Source of the DNA: Lama glama
Taxonomy: Eukaryota
Length of the DNA: 64,000 nt
Reading direction: 5' to 3'
NCBI GenBank assembly: GCA_028534125.1
Contig: CM052817.1
Location: forward strand, 53,632,001 to 53,696,000
Shown: piece by piece, positions 13,387 through 26,740 of the stretch
Layout: each line of letters begins with the position of its first letter
How positions within the stretch are numbered: position 1 is the first letter of the stretch
Made by a program: the position numbers and the translations under genes
Notes under the pieces: model-generated
What the model was told of the DNA's origin: nothing
What the model saw: only the letters and a program-made list of their open reading frames with translations
Database searches by the model: none

Positions 13387-14260
13387 TTTTTCTTAGAACT
13401 TCTTTTTTTTAATTAAAGTATAGTTGACTTACAATGTTTCAGATGTATAGAAAAATGATTCAGTTTATATATATATATAAAATATATATTATAAAAGAAT
13501 ATATATATATTCTTTTTCAGATTCTTTTCCATTATAGGGTATCACAAAATATTGAATATAGTTCCCTGTGCTATACAGTCAGTCCTTGTTGTTTATCTAT
13601 TTTATATACAGTAGCATGTGTCTATTAATCCCAAATTCCTAGTTTATCCTTCTATTCCCTTTCCCCTTTGGTAAACATAAGTAGGTTTTCAATGTCTGTG
13701 AGTCTATTTCTGTTTTGTAAATAAGTTCATTTGTATCATTTAGATTCTATGTATGAGTGATATATGATATTTGTCTTTCTCTGTCTGACTTACTTCACTT
13801 AGTATAATAATCTGTAGGTCCATTCATGTTGTTGCAAGTGGCATTATTTCATTCTTTTTTAAGACTGAGTAATATTCCATTGTAAGTTTATGTATATGTA
13901 TATATACACATACACATACACACATCTTCTTTATCCATTCGTCTGTCAATGAACATTTAAATTGCTTCCATATCTTGACTATTGTAAAGAGTGCCACTAT
14001 GAACATTGGGGTGCATGTATCTTTTCAAATTAGTTTTCATCTTTTCCAGATAAAAGCCCAGGAATGGGATTGCTTGATTGTATGGTAACTATTTTTAATT
14101 TTTTGAGGAACCTCTATACTGTTCTCCATAGTGGCTGTACCAATTTACATTCCCACCAACAGTGTAGGAATGTTACCTTTTCCCCATACCATCGCCACTA
14201 TTTTTTTTTTTTGTAGACTCTTTGATGATGGCCGTTCTGACCAGTGTGAGGTGATACCTC
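13387..14260 (-). mobile_element. 5'-truncated L1 (ORF2 C-terminus and 3'UTR)
   Basis: Poly-T then aattaaagtatagttgacttacaat; the minus ORF MFIVALFTIVKIWKQFKCSLTDEWIKKM is the L1 ORF2 C-terminus; degraded TSD ctctgataattctt / ctctgtaataattctt. Confidence 0.93.
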
Positions 14261-14989
14261 TGTAATAATTCTTAAGTGTGTCAAAATTGAACAAATTTTA
14301 ATAAAATTATCCTTGTCACTTAGTAATTAGTAGAAGTACTTGTATCTTCTATTTTTCCACAATATAATGAGAATCACTGGCTTAAGTTTTTCTTTTTGCT
14401 TTTATTTTTCCTTTTTTTTTTTCTTTAGAGAAGCAGAAAAACATGTCTCAGAAAATCAGCAACTAGAAGATGTCAAGGGATCTGAGGAGCAAGCTCTATA
14501 ATCTTTCATACCTGCCTCTTTCAGTTAACCTGTTTAAATGATTTTTCTCAACATATCTACTATCTCTACCACTCAGATCACATGAAAGAAGGAAGATGGC
14601 TGCCAACAGTTCCCTTAAATTTACAAGAAAAAGATTCAGTCACATGGAGAAGAGACCAAATTTTAATCTCTATTTTTCTCTCTCTCAATTTCTCTAACCC
14701 AATACCCAATTTCTCCCACTGTCCCCCACCAAAAGTTTTGAATTGCTTTTGAATTCTTCTTTGCCCATCCCCAGGCCAACCAAATGCTACCAAGAACCTC
14801 ATTAATGGATTCTCTTTACAGTTAAAGGAATTTTTTTAGATGCTGGTGTAATCCCCAAAGATATATTAGGTCAATGGGATGAAACTTGCATGCCTTCCTG
14901 AGGTATCTGGACTCCTGACAGTTGGTAATTCCGTGCCATTTAAGATCTTCTACCTTAAATTTTCAGGTTTTATATATGTGTTTTGCAAC

Positions 14990-15300
14990 AAAGATTAATG
15001 GAAGTGGAGAGAAGAGTTTAGAGCTAGACAGATTCTGAAGATAGGCACAAGAGTCAGGAAGCTATTTTAATAGATCAGAACACAGCTGTGGAGTTTCTAA
15101 CTTAAAGCTATGTCAGTGAGGTTGTGATCAGAGAGGACAAATTTGAGAGATATTTCAGGAAGAATCTTGACAAGGCTCAGTGAATGATTATGAAAATTAA
15201 GGAGCAGGCAAATGTTAAAGATGACTCCCTTGTTTCTATCTTGAGTCAAAAGTTGGATGGCATTTCCGTGAATTGATACAGAGAGTCAGAAGAACAGATA
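14990..15300 (-). mobile_element. L2 fragment
   Basis: agtcaggaagctattttaatagatcag..atttgagagatatttcaggaagaatc..aaagatgactcc..gtttct is typical of reverse-strand L2. Confidence 0.65.
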
Positions 15301-16879
15301 TGGACCATGAGTAGGATGCATTCAGGGAAGAAGAGAAATGAAGCAATAGATAAAATCCATGTAAAACTAGGCAAGCAGGATCTAGGTGTAAAACATGGGA
15401 TTCACTACAAAGAAGTATGAATCTACTTCTTTATACACAGACCAGTCAGAAGAGTTTGACCCTAGATTTTCTTGAAAATGTGGCCAAGAATATCATAAAC
15501 TGTGCCATCATCCTGGTAAGTATTTTTTTAAATCTAAATCCCCTTTATATCCTCATGCTCCCGAGTTTTATTTTCAGGGCATTAAGAACCTCCCTTCCTT
15601 CTACTTTGTCCCAACACTGCTCCACTGTCATACTGCTCACTTTTCACTACATTTCCTCCAAATCTTGACATATTTTCAACCATGACTAGTCACTCGGAAA
15701 GTGTCATCCATCATCCATTAACTGCATTTCTTGAGATGAGCATTTTGCCCAAAATCCCCATAAATAAAGTCTTCTTTTTATGTCATTGATTTGACAGTTG
15801 TCAATATATGTAAATACTATAAGAAGTAATAAAATCAATGGAAAATACTGGAGAAAAGTTTACTGAATCAAGCTGGGTCCATGGTGGGAGGAGACAACAC
15901 AAGGGCATAAACACTAGGAGACAAGGATCATTGGGCAGTTACCAAAATAACCAAAATAGAAAAATTATTCTCAAAGATCAGAGCTATTAAATTTGAAGAA
16001 TCAATATAGCAACGTTAATATATAATATTGATAGGCTTATTTCATTTTCAGTTGAAAGTGAATATTATAAAGTCACATTCAACTCATTACTAAATTACAG
16101 TGTTTAATAAAAAGAATATTTCCAAATGACCTTGTATTGGTCAAAGATACCTTTACGTGTTGGAATATAAATGAAAACCATATTCACAATTATTCAAATA
16201 AACTCAGTGGAATCTTCATAGACTGTAAAAATAACCTCAGAGGATATGTTAGAAAAGCAAGTCATGTAAATTATAAACCTTAGCCTATTAACAGTCAAAT
16301 TAAAGAGACTCTTAGTTATAAAATCCTACATTGAAATCAACTAAATTCAAACAAATTTACTTGCCCTGCCAAAATTAACACACATTCTTGAACCTGTTAT
16401 TTCTCTCTTTCTCTCTCTCTCTCCCTCTTGCTCTTTCATGCACACACACACATACACACAGATCTTATTTATCTTTAAAGATGCTTTAAATCCTGCCATT
16501 GATCTAAGAAAGAAAAAAGAGCATATTCATTTACGTTTTTTAAAGTGGAGAAATAACCAAAAACAAACAAAAAAGTTTGTGAAAATAGAAAACAGAGTTG
16601 ATAAAATGACAAGTATTTTCCATAAATACAAAAAAGAGCTTTTTAAAAATCTTAAAATCCCAACAGAAGATTAATAAAAAAAATGAGCACAGCCTTGTAG
16701 AGTTGGTAAAAATGACCACACTGAGAGGAACTCTTTGTTTCAAGCAATTTTTAAAACACAGTAAATCAATTCATTCTTAATCAGATATACACTAAAAGGA
16801 AAAAAGGAAAACTGAAAGAGAGAAAAAAGTTTTTTAAGAGAAAAAAGTTCTCAAACTATTTTCCATCAGTTTTTTGAGA

Positions 16880-18345
16880 GCTACTATTGTTTCCCTGAGT
16901 ATGCTGTACAGGACAAAATGAGTGATGTCATTGAAAACTGGAATTTTGGTCAAGAGGAAAGGAGACCCACATGTAAAAGGAATTTGGTTAAGGAAAAAAT
17001 TTTGAATTCCTTAATCTGTTAAATTTGAATTGGAGTGCAAACATGAATATATGATTTTTTTAAATGTCCTATTTCTTTTCACTAAAACAGGCTACATAGG
17101 AAAAATAAATATCCCTTTTAAGCAGATTTTGGTCTCCAAATACCATTTCTCACAAAGGAAACTGGAGCATCTCAAAAAAATGTTTAGATTTCAAGCTAGG
17201 GTCGAAAAGATGCAAGTTGAACCTTGAACATGTCAGATCAGACAGCAAGGAAGCAAACATGACTGGAATCATGTCAAAAGGCCTCAGGAGCCACCTGGGA
17301 AACACACCTACCATCCAAATCTAGGAAAATTTGATCATGAATAAGAATAATGCATTTAATTGCTTAAAACACATCAGATGTTTAAATTCATAAGCTCTTA
17401 GAAATATATTTTGAAAAACTAAAAAACTAATTCATGATTTTGCAAGGGTGCTGGGAAGCCAATTTATCTTGAAATCTGATCAATAAGGAAAAGACTCAAG
17501 TATCTATCCTGTATTTTCTATCCCTATAATGCTCTGAACTCAGATAAACAAAGAGTTGATGGGGGAGAATTTTTTAATTCATCCAAGTATTTCATATAAT
17601 CATTGAAAAGGAATGACTGAATTAGAATCTCACCCTTTTGCAACCTTTTATGAAATAATCGATCTAGCAGTGATCATCTGCTAAATTCACAAAAGGAGAG
17701 ACAGCAGATCTAATGACCTTCCTATTGAAATATAGGACCACCTATCAAGTAGCTTTGTTCAAAAAATAATCAAGCCTCAATCTGATTAATTTATAGGAGA
17801 AAGAATAGAGGACCCACTTAGAAATAACAGAGGATGCAATCAACAAAATTCAGACTGTAGGAAATTCTGCAAAACAAACTATAAGTTTTCTTCAGCAGGT
17901 AATTGTGAGAAAAATAATAGTGAGACGGAGGTACAAGCTATAGACTAAAAAAGACTTAAGACACCCACCAATTGCTGTACGTGGAATTTACTTGGATTGT
18001 GATTTGGAGAACTAAATTGTCAGAAAGAAAGTAAGATATAATTGTGGGAATTTAAACAATCTTTTTATGTGCAATTATATTAAGGAATCCTTCTTAGTCT
18101 TTTATGTAATAATAGAGGCTATATTTCTAAATGAGACATCTTTTAGTGCTACATCAAAAATACATATAGATAATGTAGTATGACACGTGGTGTCTTCTCC
18201 AAAATAATTCTGGAGAAAGGAAGACCAACAGGAGAGGAGCATAGATGAACCCAACTGACATAGTTGATAGGGTGATGAATATATGGAGATATACAATTTT
18301 CTTTCTTTTGAATTTTTTTTCATTAAAAATTTACAATGCTAAAAA
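16880..18345 (+). mobile_element. Old L1 3'UTR, L1MC4-like
   Basis: ttggtctccaaataccatttctcac..aaggaaactggagc, gactggaatcatgtcaaaagg..caggagcc, aaaattcagactgtaggaaattctgc are motifs I recall from L1MC 3'UTRs. Confidence 0.7.
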
Positions 18346-19559
18346 TTTGTTTAATAAAATAAACATTTGCCTGCATCTTGAAAGTCACATTTAATCAAAA
18401 CAGAAACCAAAAGAGAAACTAAGGTAGAAGTTGTAAGGAACTGAATGGCCAGGTGAAAAGTTTCAAGAAACACTCCATTTCGTATGTCCTCTGCTAGGAG
18501 CTCCTTGGCCAGAGACCTCAACTTTTGCTATTTTGCATCTTCTGCCTGGAAAAAGTGATACATTCAATGAAGCCAGTGAATTGAGTGGAGAAAAATATAA
18601 AGACAATATAAAGGCATTTTAAAGATCATGAGCTTATAGGCATTTGAAATGAACCTCAGAATAAAACTGTTAACAAAATTACAAGGGGATAACAGCAGAG
18701 ATCAAATCGGTAATCATTTTCCCATAACCCTATCTGAAAAGAAGAACTGAGCAGGGGAGACTGTATAATAACAGAAAAACAGATCTAAAATTATTCTAGT
18801 TTGTATTTATTCATTAATATCGATGAAAACCAACAATCCAATAATTGGATTGGCCATAAAGAGAGGTAGAAGGGATGATAAATGTACTACTATAACCATT
18901 ATAGTAGAGAGTCAGTAGAAGACACTCTCTAAAGTCTATGAATCAGTAAACAGATGTTTAAGCATATTATATAAATGCATAGTTACCTTCAATAAGTACC
19001 AAAATAAAAGTATAAACCTTTCAAAATAGCAGAAATAGAAAAAATTTATTAAAAAACAAACAAAACTAAATATGAGAATCCATAAAGCACTAAAACAAAA
19101 TATAAATGACAAAAGTATGACACATTATACATATAGAACATAAATATATTACTTTGATAGTAGAAATTATATTTCCATTTCAACAGATGACAGTAATTTA
19201 AACAAATTGATCATATGAAATCCTCAGTAATTTGCAAAATATCTTTTAAACTACAGATTCTATTAGCTAACTATATAATCATTCTGAAAAGTTTTAAAAT
19301 TTAGAAATGAAAGTATCTAACCAATCGGAAATTTTTTTATCTTGAACTACTCTTAAAATTACTTAAGACTCTGTGTCTGATTATTTAGAAAACAATTGTA
19401 ACAATAATTAGGATGCTTATTGAATATTCTATCTTTCCTTTTTTGGTGGACACATAGTGTACCCCCTCCTTTGGTATTTCCATGTCAATAAGCATTTTTA
19501 CAATTTCATTAATTGTCCCTCCATTAATCAGATCACTAAATGATCATGTCACTTGTGTC

Positions 19560-20360
19560 ATAAACTGAAGTGCAATAAATTCATATCTGTTTCCCAATCT
19601 TTTATTCTGTTCTATTCTGTTTTATGTCTTATGAGAATACCTGTTCTAACAGTTGTAGCTTCAAAATAAGTCCTGATACCTAGTGAGACCAGTCTTCTGT
19701 TCTTAATTTCATTCTTCAGAAACATCCTGCTTATTCATGGCCTTTTACTCTTTCGTGTTATAAGGATATACAAAGTTTTATTTTCTACATTTATGTATTT
19801 AAAATATATAAATGGTATTGTGCTGGAAATCTTAATATGTTTCTTGGTTTTGTTTAATTTTTTCACTTAATACTGTTCCTGAGCTATCAAGTTTTATGTT
19901 TACAACTAGTCATTGTTTCTAGTTGCTTCATGGTACGTTTTATTAGAGTGCAACCATCACGTTGCACATGTCCTTTCTCCTAGCAAAAGACAATTGCCTC
20001 TAACTCTCTGCTACTACAAACCTGCATCCATGTCTCCTTGCATTCTTTGTAGAATTTCTCTGGGATATACATATGTAGGAGCTGGACTGCTGGGCTGAAG
20101 TACAGGCATACATAATTTCACCAAGTGTATAAAATGTCTTAACAATATGTTTGAACCATCTATACTTTCAGTATCACTGCACAAGATTTCCTCCTCTCTA
20201 AATATCTTCCAGCCCTTAGAATTACAAAAGTACATTATTTTTTTCCCAATCTGATAAGTACAAAATAGTAGCTAGCATATTTTCATTTTAATTTATGTGA
20301 CTACAAATAAGTTTAAGCACCCCTTCATATAACTGTTAGTCATTTGAATTTCCCTTATTT
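19560..20360 (-). mobile_element. Ancient L1ME-like fragments
   Basis: agaatttctctgggatatacatatgtaggagctggactgctggg and ttttcccaatctgataagt.. resemble the antisense L1ME ORF2/3' region. Confidence 0.6.
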
Positions 20361-20869
20361 GAATATTATAACTTGGCCTTTGGGAGGGGGTGCAATTTTT
20401 TTCTTTTAACACAGGATACTTAGAAATAGTGAGAATCATACTAGCATCTTTTCATCAATAAAATTGAGTCCTGAAACATAATACCACAAAGGGAACTTTT
20501 TTTTGAACTTTGAGTTCAGTCAAAATAACCCCCAACATTGAGACGTTTTCAGACATACATAAAAAGGAAGCAAAAGACACACACACAAAAATTAACAAAT
20601 CTTAAAGTACAAATTCTTAAACTAGAAAATAAGAAAAGCAAGCAAACTAAACAAAAGAAGACATTAATAAAACCAAATTGACTCTCTAATAAAAATAATT
20701 ATATGTACTTAAAAGAAAATGAAAATTATCATTTTTGAAGACCATATATTTTCCACCTAATAAAGATGTAAACAGAAGCACTGCCAGATCTGCCAATTAT
20801 GGAGTTTGCCATATGCTAAGTAGTGAGATCAGTAGTCTCCCTACAAACAACAATAACCTGAAATTAAAA

Positions 20870-21650
20870 AAATAATAACTGTCAACTTGGAAGTTTTCAC
20901 ACTATCACAACAATAAATAAAAAGCTGAACAGGCCAAAAAATCAACAACTCTTCTAAGATTCTTATGAGAAGGGAGGACACAGGGCAATCTGCAGCCCCT
21001 AAGACCGGAGAGACAGGCAGGCAGGTGAATACAGGAAATGGCTGCTTCCTTGAACACAACACTCATGCTGTGGGGAGCCGGGCCCTGATAGGAAAGCCTG
21101 AACTGTAGTTGACAAACTGTGGGAAATTAGTGCAGACAATTGACAGCTAAAAACTTCAAGGGGATCCTGTCATGGGGGTAGGCCGTGGGCAATACTGTGA
21201 GTTTTACCTCCAGGAGCTGGACCAGGTTCCTGTAGTATATATTTGAGGAAAAGACCCATGAACTTCCGGCAGAGGAGGGGGAAGGGGGTCATTTTGAAAC
21301 ACACCAGCACACTCTGTTCTTCTTAACAAGGCCTGCCTGCCCTCAGGGGAAACTAGTTAACCAAATCGTAACTTGCTTTGTATGATCACAGTCTGATCGA
21401 CCTGGGCAAGGGAAATTCCTAACTCCGGCAGCTCAAAGCCTTCCATGTGAAAGAAAGGAAATACCCAACTCCAGCCCACTCCAGCCATCCTGTCCCACCT
21501 GATGGGGAAGAAAAAGCACTGAGACACTCTTATGAGGTGCACAGTCCAGAGGCAGAGGCTCGCTAAAAGACTGAGCCTAATCATAGGACTTCACTCTTCC
21601 CTTCTGCCCGCACCTCACCACCACATTACTGAAGACCTATTTATAGCAAA
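20870..21650 (+). mobile_element. Old L1 5' region (L1M4-like)
   Basis: aaaagctgaacag..aaaatcaacaactcttc, gtgagttttacctccaggagct..accaggttc, aggtgcacagtccagaggca..ggctc..ctaaaagactgag resemble L1M4-type 5' sequence. Confidence 0.6.
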
Positions 21651-21789
21651 TGAAAAGTTACTCAGTCACACTTAATTTTTTAAAAATAGATACCCATTTT
21701 CCATTGCACAAGTGAAATTTTTTACTGTATATATTTTAAAATACTAAGTTGGTAGATTTATGTTGGTTTGAAAACTTAGGAATTTGGAG

Positions 21790-22202
21790 TGATATCTGAA
21801 ACTGGCCTCGGGTCATGGTTGGTTGTGGGGGTGGCAGGGAACTTGGCAAAGAGATGGAAGGAAGAGGCAGATGGATTCAGACTGGTAGATGGCTGATTAA
21901 CAAGCAAGGGAACTTGCTTACAGGCTTGTCTTCAGCAGCAGCAGGACATGGAGATCTCTGCAATCACACACTAGAATCTTTAAAGTTTATATGGAGACCT
22001 TAACCATTTATTCCAGTCCATATGGTCTCAACAACACAGTGCTGTCTCGAGGCTATATCCTTGAAATGGCTAAGGCTGTGGGAACACGGAGTGGGTGGAA
22101 GGTACATTCCAAAGACAGAAAGAAGGTGAGGTGCCTCTGACTGCCGGGGTCCAGCTTGCAGGTCAGCCAACAATCATGACCTCTTGATGACCTCATCCAA
22201 CA
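21790..22202 (-). mobile_element. ERV solo LTR (probably ERV1 class)
   Basis: Minus strand starts tgttggatgaggtcatcaagagg..gctggaccccggcagtc..ctttggaatgtac, has a TATA-like catataaa and ends ..tca; about 410 bp. Confidence 0.7.
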
Positions 22203-22214
22203 ATTTGTTGAGTA

Positions 22215-22720
22215 AATGTTTGTAGAACCTTCATGAAAGGCAATTTTCCAGTGTCTATCACCTCTAGGAATTTATCCTTTTAAATAGTCCTACATATTTA
22301 CAAAAATATGTACAGGATATCCACTTGTTTAAAGAAAATAAATTGGAAACTATATAAGTGCCCATCAAAACATGTAAATGGTTACATAAATTAAGGAGTT
22401 TATATATTAAGCAATACTGTGTAGTAATTTAAAAGAATAGGAAAGCTATTCTAAATATGAGAGTTCCTCTGCATGTATTAAGTTTAAAAATCTGGTTGCA
22501 GAGAAAAAGATGAAAATTATCATTAATTTTATAAATAAATGAATCAGACACTGTGTCAGGGAGAGGGTATCGATAGGTATGTATACATGTTCCCTTGTGG
22601 TTAAATCTATACAGCTGTGTCTGAAATGATTCACCGCAATCTGACAAAGGTTATAGAGTAGAAATTTTAATTTTGCATTATATGGTTTAAATTCTTTATG
22701 ATAAAATGTACTAATAAATT
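22215..22720 (+). mobile_element. Ancient L1ME 3' fragment
   Basis: cacctctaggaatttatcct..aaattggaaactatataagtgcccatcaa..aaatggttacataaatta is an L1 ORF2 C-terminal remnant. Confidence 0.6.
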
Positions 22721-23194
22721 CTTAAATAATTCAATAAAGTTTATTTTAATATGACTCAAAGCTATGACTGTGAGCAATTCAGAAATCTCAAAATATTTAT
22801 TTTATTATATAGAAAATAACAGAATCACCTAGATATCCTCCAGGTACACAAAGCCTAGACTCAAGCCCAGGTACCCACAAACAAGATAACCTTGAGTAGT
22901 CAGGATTACCGAGAAGTGGCTGATTTGCCGTATCTGTGCAAAAAAGCATATCCTTGTGAAAACTGTAAATTCAATGAATTGTTATTATTACAGTCCTATA
23001 ACTCTATGGATTTATTAGTGTATATCATATTGCCCAGAGAACAATGTAATTTTTATATATGCATATATATTATTTATGTCTGTATGTAAATTTCTTTACT
23101 CCTACTTGACGTGTTTCTATAAAATGCTCCTCTGTCCCTTGTAAGCCTAAGTAAAAGATTCTTATCTACAAAGAGAGAGTGTTCTGGCAATATT

Positions 23195-23199
<5 letters not shown>

Positions 23200-23244
<45 letters not shown>
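23200..23244. repeat. (TA)n microsatellite
   Basis: About 22 perfect TA units. Confidence 0.95.
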
Positions 23245-23247
<3 letters not shown>

Positions 23248-26050
23248 TGAAGTTCTGTTTCTCAAGAAGCTTCATATACCTTGAAATGATCTTACCTTTA
23301 TTTATAAATAGAATGTACTTTTTAATAAAAGTACTGATTCTTCCTTGTAAGTTAAAAAAAAAGAAAAAGAAATTTAATTTCTTGGAATAGTTGTTACACA
23401 TCATAGAGTATTAAATAGATGCCAATTGACTTCTCCTCACTTGGTTGTCTCCATGTCAAGGTAAGTCTAGCCAACCTCACCTCTAACTTACTCATTCCCC
23501 TAAAGCTTTAATGAACTGATTCTTCCTAACAGAACAATTATGCTCTTGTAACTAAATCAATCATTCGTCATGAGACATGGGCTTGCACTTACTTGTCTGG
23601 ATCAGGAAGGCTGAGGATAATGGACCATTAAGAGCTGTGCTTTCCTAGCCACAAAAAATCATGAGGCTTACTGGCAAAGAATGAGTTTTTAGATAAGAAT
23701 GAAAATCTTAAGAGGGACAATTTGTTTTTAATTCACTTGGAAGACTGCCCTTATTTTTAAAACCCCACAATGACAGAGTTGCTTATTTTTACTTTAGAAC
23801 AATTATGTTAAATAAGGACCATACCCTTACGGAATAACTGACACTGGAAATCTTTTGTGAAAAACAAACAAAATCACCTCCCATTAGAAACTTTAACATC
23901 AGATTAAAAACCTAAAGTGACTTTGAAACAAAAAAAATTGTGTCTTTGTAAAAGTTAATGTTAAGTCATATTCAAAATCCGGAGAAAGAGTAACCAAACA
24001 TTTCAAGCCGAACTCCACTTGCGTTTTCTCTTCCCCAAACTAAGCAGTATATTTAAATTGATAATTCGCCAAACTCAAATTTTAAAAAATTCCTTCACCC
24101 CAACTTGAACTCATTCATTTGCAATAAGAAGAAGTATGTGACTCTAGAGTTCTCGAAAAAGGCAAATGTGAAAATGTTTCTCTGTAAGAGGTCCAACTCT
24201 AAGGTTCCTTATAGCTAGGAAATATATAAACAGTGAACTTAAGATGACAGTACAGCAGAGATGTAAAAACAACTCACTAGTTACTTATCAGGAAAGAGTG
24301 TATGTGAGAACTGACACACTACTCTATAGAAGCACATGGAATTCATGCCCTTTGTTGACCTGACCAGCACAATGCCTCAGTCTATGGTGATAGCCTATTC
24401 GGGGAACACTTGCTCTCTGATCACTCTTTTCTTGTTTGCAGGCTCAGAAGGAGCAGCATAATACCTCGAAGCTCTTTCTCAGAGTAGCTATTTATTTATG
24501 AACAAGAGGGCTAATGACACCGATGGGAACAGTTGGTAGAAGATTTGCATCTCACCTGTGTAGATTTGCCTGGTAGAATCATGTTTCCTTGTTCCTCAAA
24601 CTGTCCTCCACCTGACAAAGTGACCTGCAATTTTGGCACTCGTTCCTTCATTTCAAACCCTCTAGCAAAAAGCAAATGCCCTTTGAATACAAGGCAAAAA
24701 ACTGAAGACCTTCAAAGGTGCCACAGATTAGCTTTCATTGTTCTTTCCATTGTATATTGAAATTGACATACTTAAGAAAAAGAAAGCATTGGATAAACTT
24801 TGTAGCAATTTAGAAGGCTATCTGCTATTACTGGGAAAGGGGATAATAGATAGTCTTTTCAATAGCTCATGATTTTTTTCTAAATTAGCAATGATTCCCT
24901 TCAAAATTTATTAGCTAATAGCAACTCTTTGTTAATGAGCTATTGTTATGTCTAATGGACCGTGTCTTATCAAGGACTGCATTTCTAAGCCACAGATTTG
25001 AGCTTTTAAATTATTTTCAAAAGTATTTCTTTCCCAATAAATCCTTATTTTTATAATTTCATAAATATAAATTGACACACAGATGGTAAATATAGGACCA
25101 TAATTTTGTGGGTGAGAAAGCTAAATCCTATGTGCAAGTGAGGGATTTTAGAATCCCAGCTGTTGATTCAGCTGCCGCAGCAAAATCTCCCAAGTGTGGT
25201 ATTAGTGCTAGCAACTAGGTGCTTAGCTCACTCACCACTTCCGTTTCCAAGAGTGACCTCAAGTGACCCCAGTTTGAAAACCAACCTATTTATAATGTAC
25301 CTGTTGCCTGGAGAACAAGATTATACCACCCTTCCACACCTTGGTCTCACTCAAACCCTGAGCCAACTCCAAGGAAAAAATCACTTTTCCACATCACACG
25401 GGAAGGCATATAACAAATACCACTTAAGCTAAAATCCCTTAAGAATATAACATCCCTGAGAGCAAGGACTTGTCTGTTTTGTCCAATGCTCTATCCTGTG
25501 TCTAGATTAGCAATACCTTAAAAGAATCTGTTTGGAATTAAGAAGTTGGAAGATTTATTATTCATTTTCAGGAAAAATCAAATAATTTTTCACTTGTTGG
25601 GATTTGGTTTGTTTCTAAACGTAGCTGCCTAGTCGACCCACAGAAACTGCAAGTTTAGGACATGAGGATTCTTATTCTTTATACTAATGTAAAAGGAGGG
25701 AGAGAGAAAAAATTTTTCTAAAATTATAAATTATTTACAGCATTTTCATTTCTTAAACTTTCTCCCCTTTGATGAATCATTCACATCTGTTAAAATAAAA
25801 AATTTTAAAGTATCAATAGAAAAAAATTTTGGCCACAGGAATAGCCAGAAACAAACAACTGCCATTCCTCTAAAAGAAGGAATGTGCATTTAAGGCATAA
25901 CTTATTGATAGGGTCAGAATGTGTTTTAATGGTCAAAAGGTCCTAAATAGTTAGATGTGAGCTGTAGACAATTTTACGGCATACAATGCACTTTTTAATT
26001 GCTCACTTATTTGAGACATGCTGATGTGATCAAGTTTCTGCACGTCTTTT

Positions 26051-26177
26051 GTTTTGTGTTTTGGGGGAAGGTAATTAGGTTTATTTATCTTTTTATTTTA
26101 ACGGAGGTACTGGGGATTGAACCCAGGATCTCATGCATCCTAAGCGCACACTCTACCACTGAACTTTACCCTCCTGC
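26051..26177 (-). mobile_element. tRNA-Ala-derived camelid SINE (Vic-1 type) with 13-bp TSD
   Basis: Reverse strand reads ggagggtaaagttcagtggtagagtgtgcgcttaggatgcatgagatcctgggttcaatccccagtacctcc..aaataaacctaattacc; TSD ctgcacgtctttt (26038-26050) / ctgcgtgtctttt (26178-26190); L1 endonuclease-type TTTT/AA site. Confidence 0.92.
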
Positions 26178-26345
26178 CTGCGTGTCTTTTAAAAGTAAAA
26201 CTGAAACGTTAACAACTTTTTTTAATGGAAGTAGGGCGTCTACAGCTGAAAGAATTTGCATTTGCTCATGCAGGCAACCTATCTATCCCTCCCACTTTGT
26301 TCAATTACCTGCAAATTTCCTTCCTAATGTCCCTGATTCTTCTAA

Positions 26346-26740
26346 TTCATTCATTCACTTACTAGGTACTATTGAGAACCTATAGTGTGTAAGGTGCTCA
26401 GCCAAGCAATGGACACAGTAGAGAATAAGACCTATATATTTTCCTGCCCTAATAGAATCTGTGTTCTAGAGAAGAAAAGAGAAATATCAAATATATAATT
26501 GCTTTGATAAGTGAGTGAATGACTGAATGAGTACATGTCAATTTTGATAAAATCATAAGGAAAAGTTAAAAAAAAAAAAGTAAAGTCAATAGAAGCCATG
26601 AAAGGAATAATAGGAAGCCTGTATCATATGCAGGTGAGGAAGGCTTCCTGGCAAAAGTGGCACTGAGGAAGGAACCAAATGATGCAGAGGGTTATCCAAT
26701 TGATGAGGTGAAGGAAGCACATTTCAGAAAGAGCACACAT
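26346..26740 (-). mobile_element. L2 3' end
   Basis: ttcattcattcac..tattgagaacctatagtgtg..cctgccctaatagaatctgtgttctag, and ggaaggcttcctgg.. Confidence 0.7.

Noticed and set aside
25999..26385. 128-aa ORF
   Set aside because: Non-ATG start; reads through an antisense SINE and into L2.
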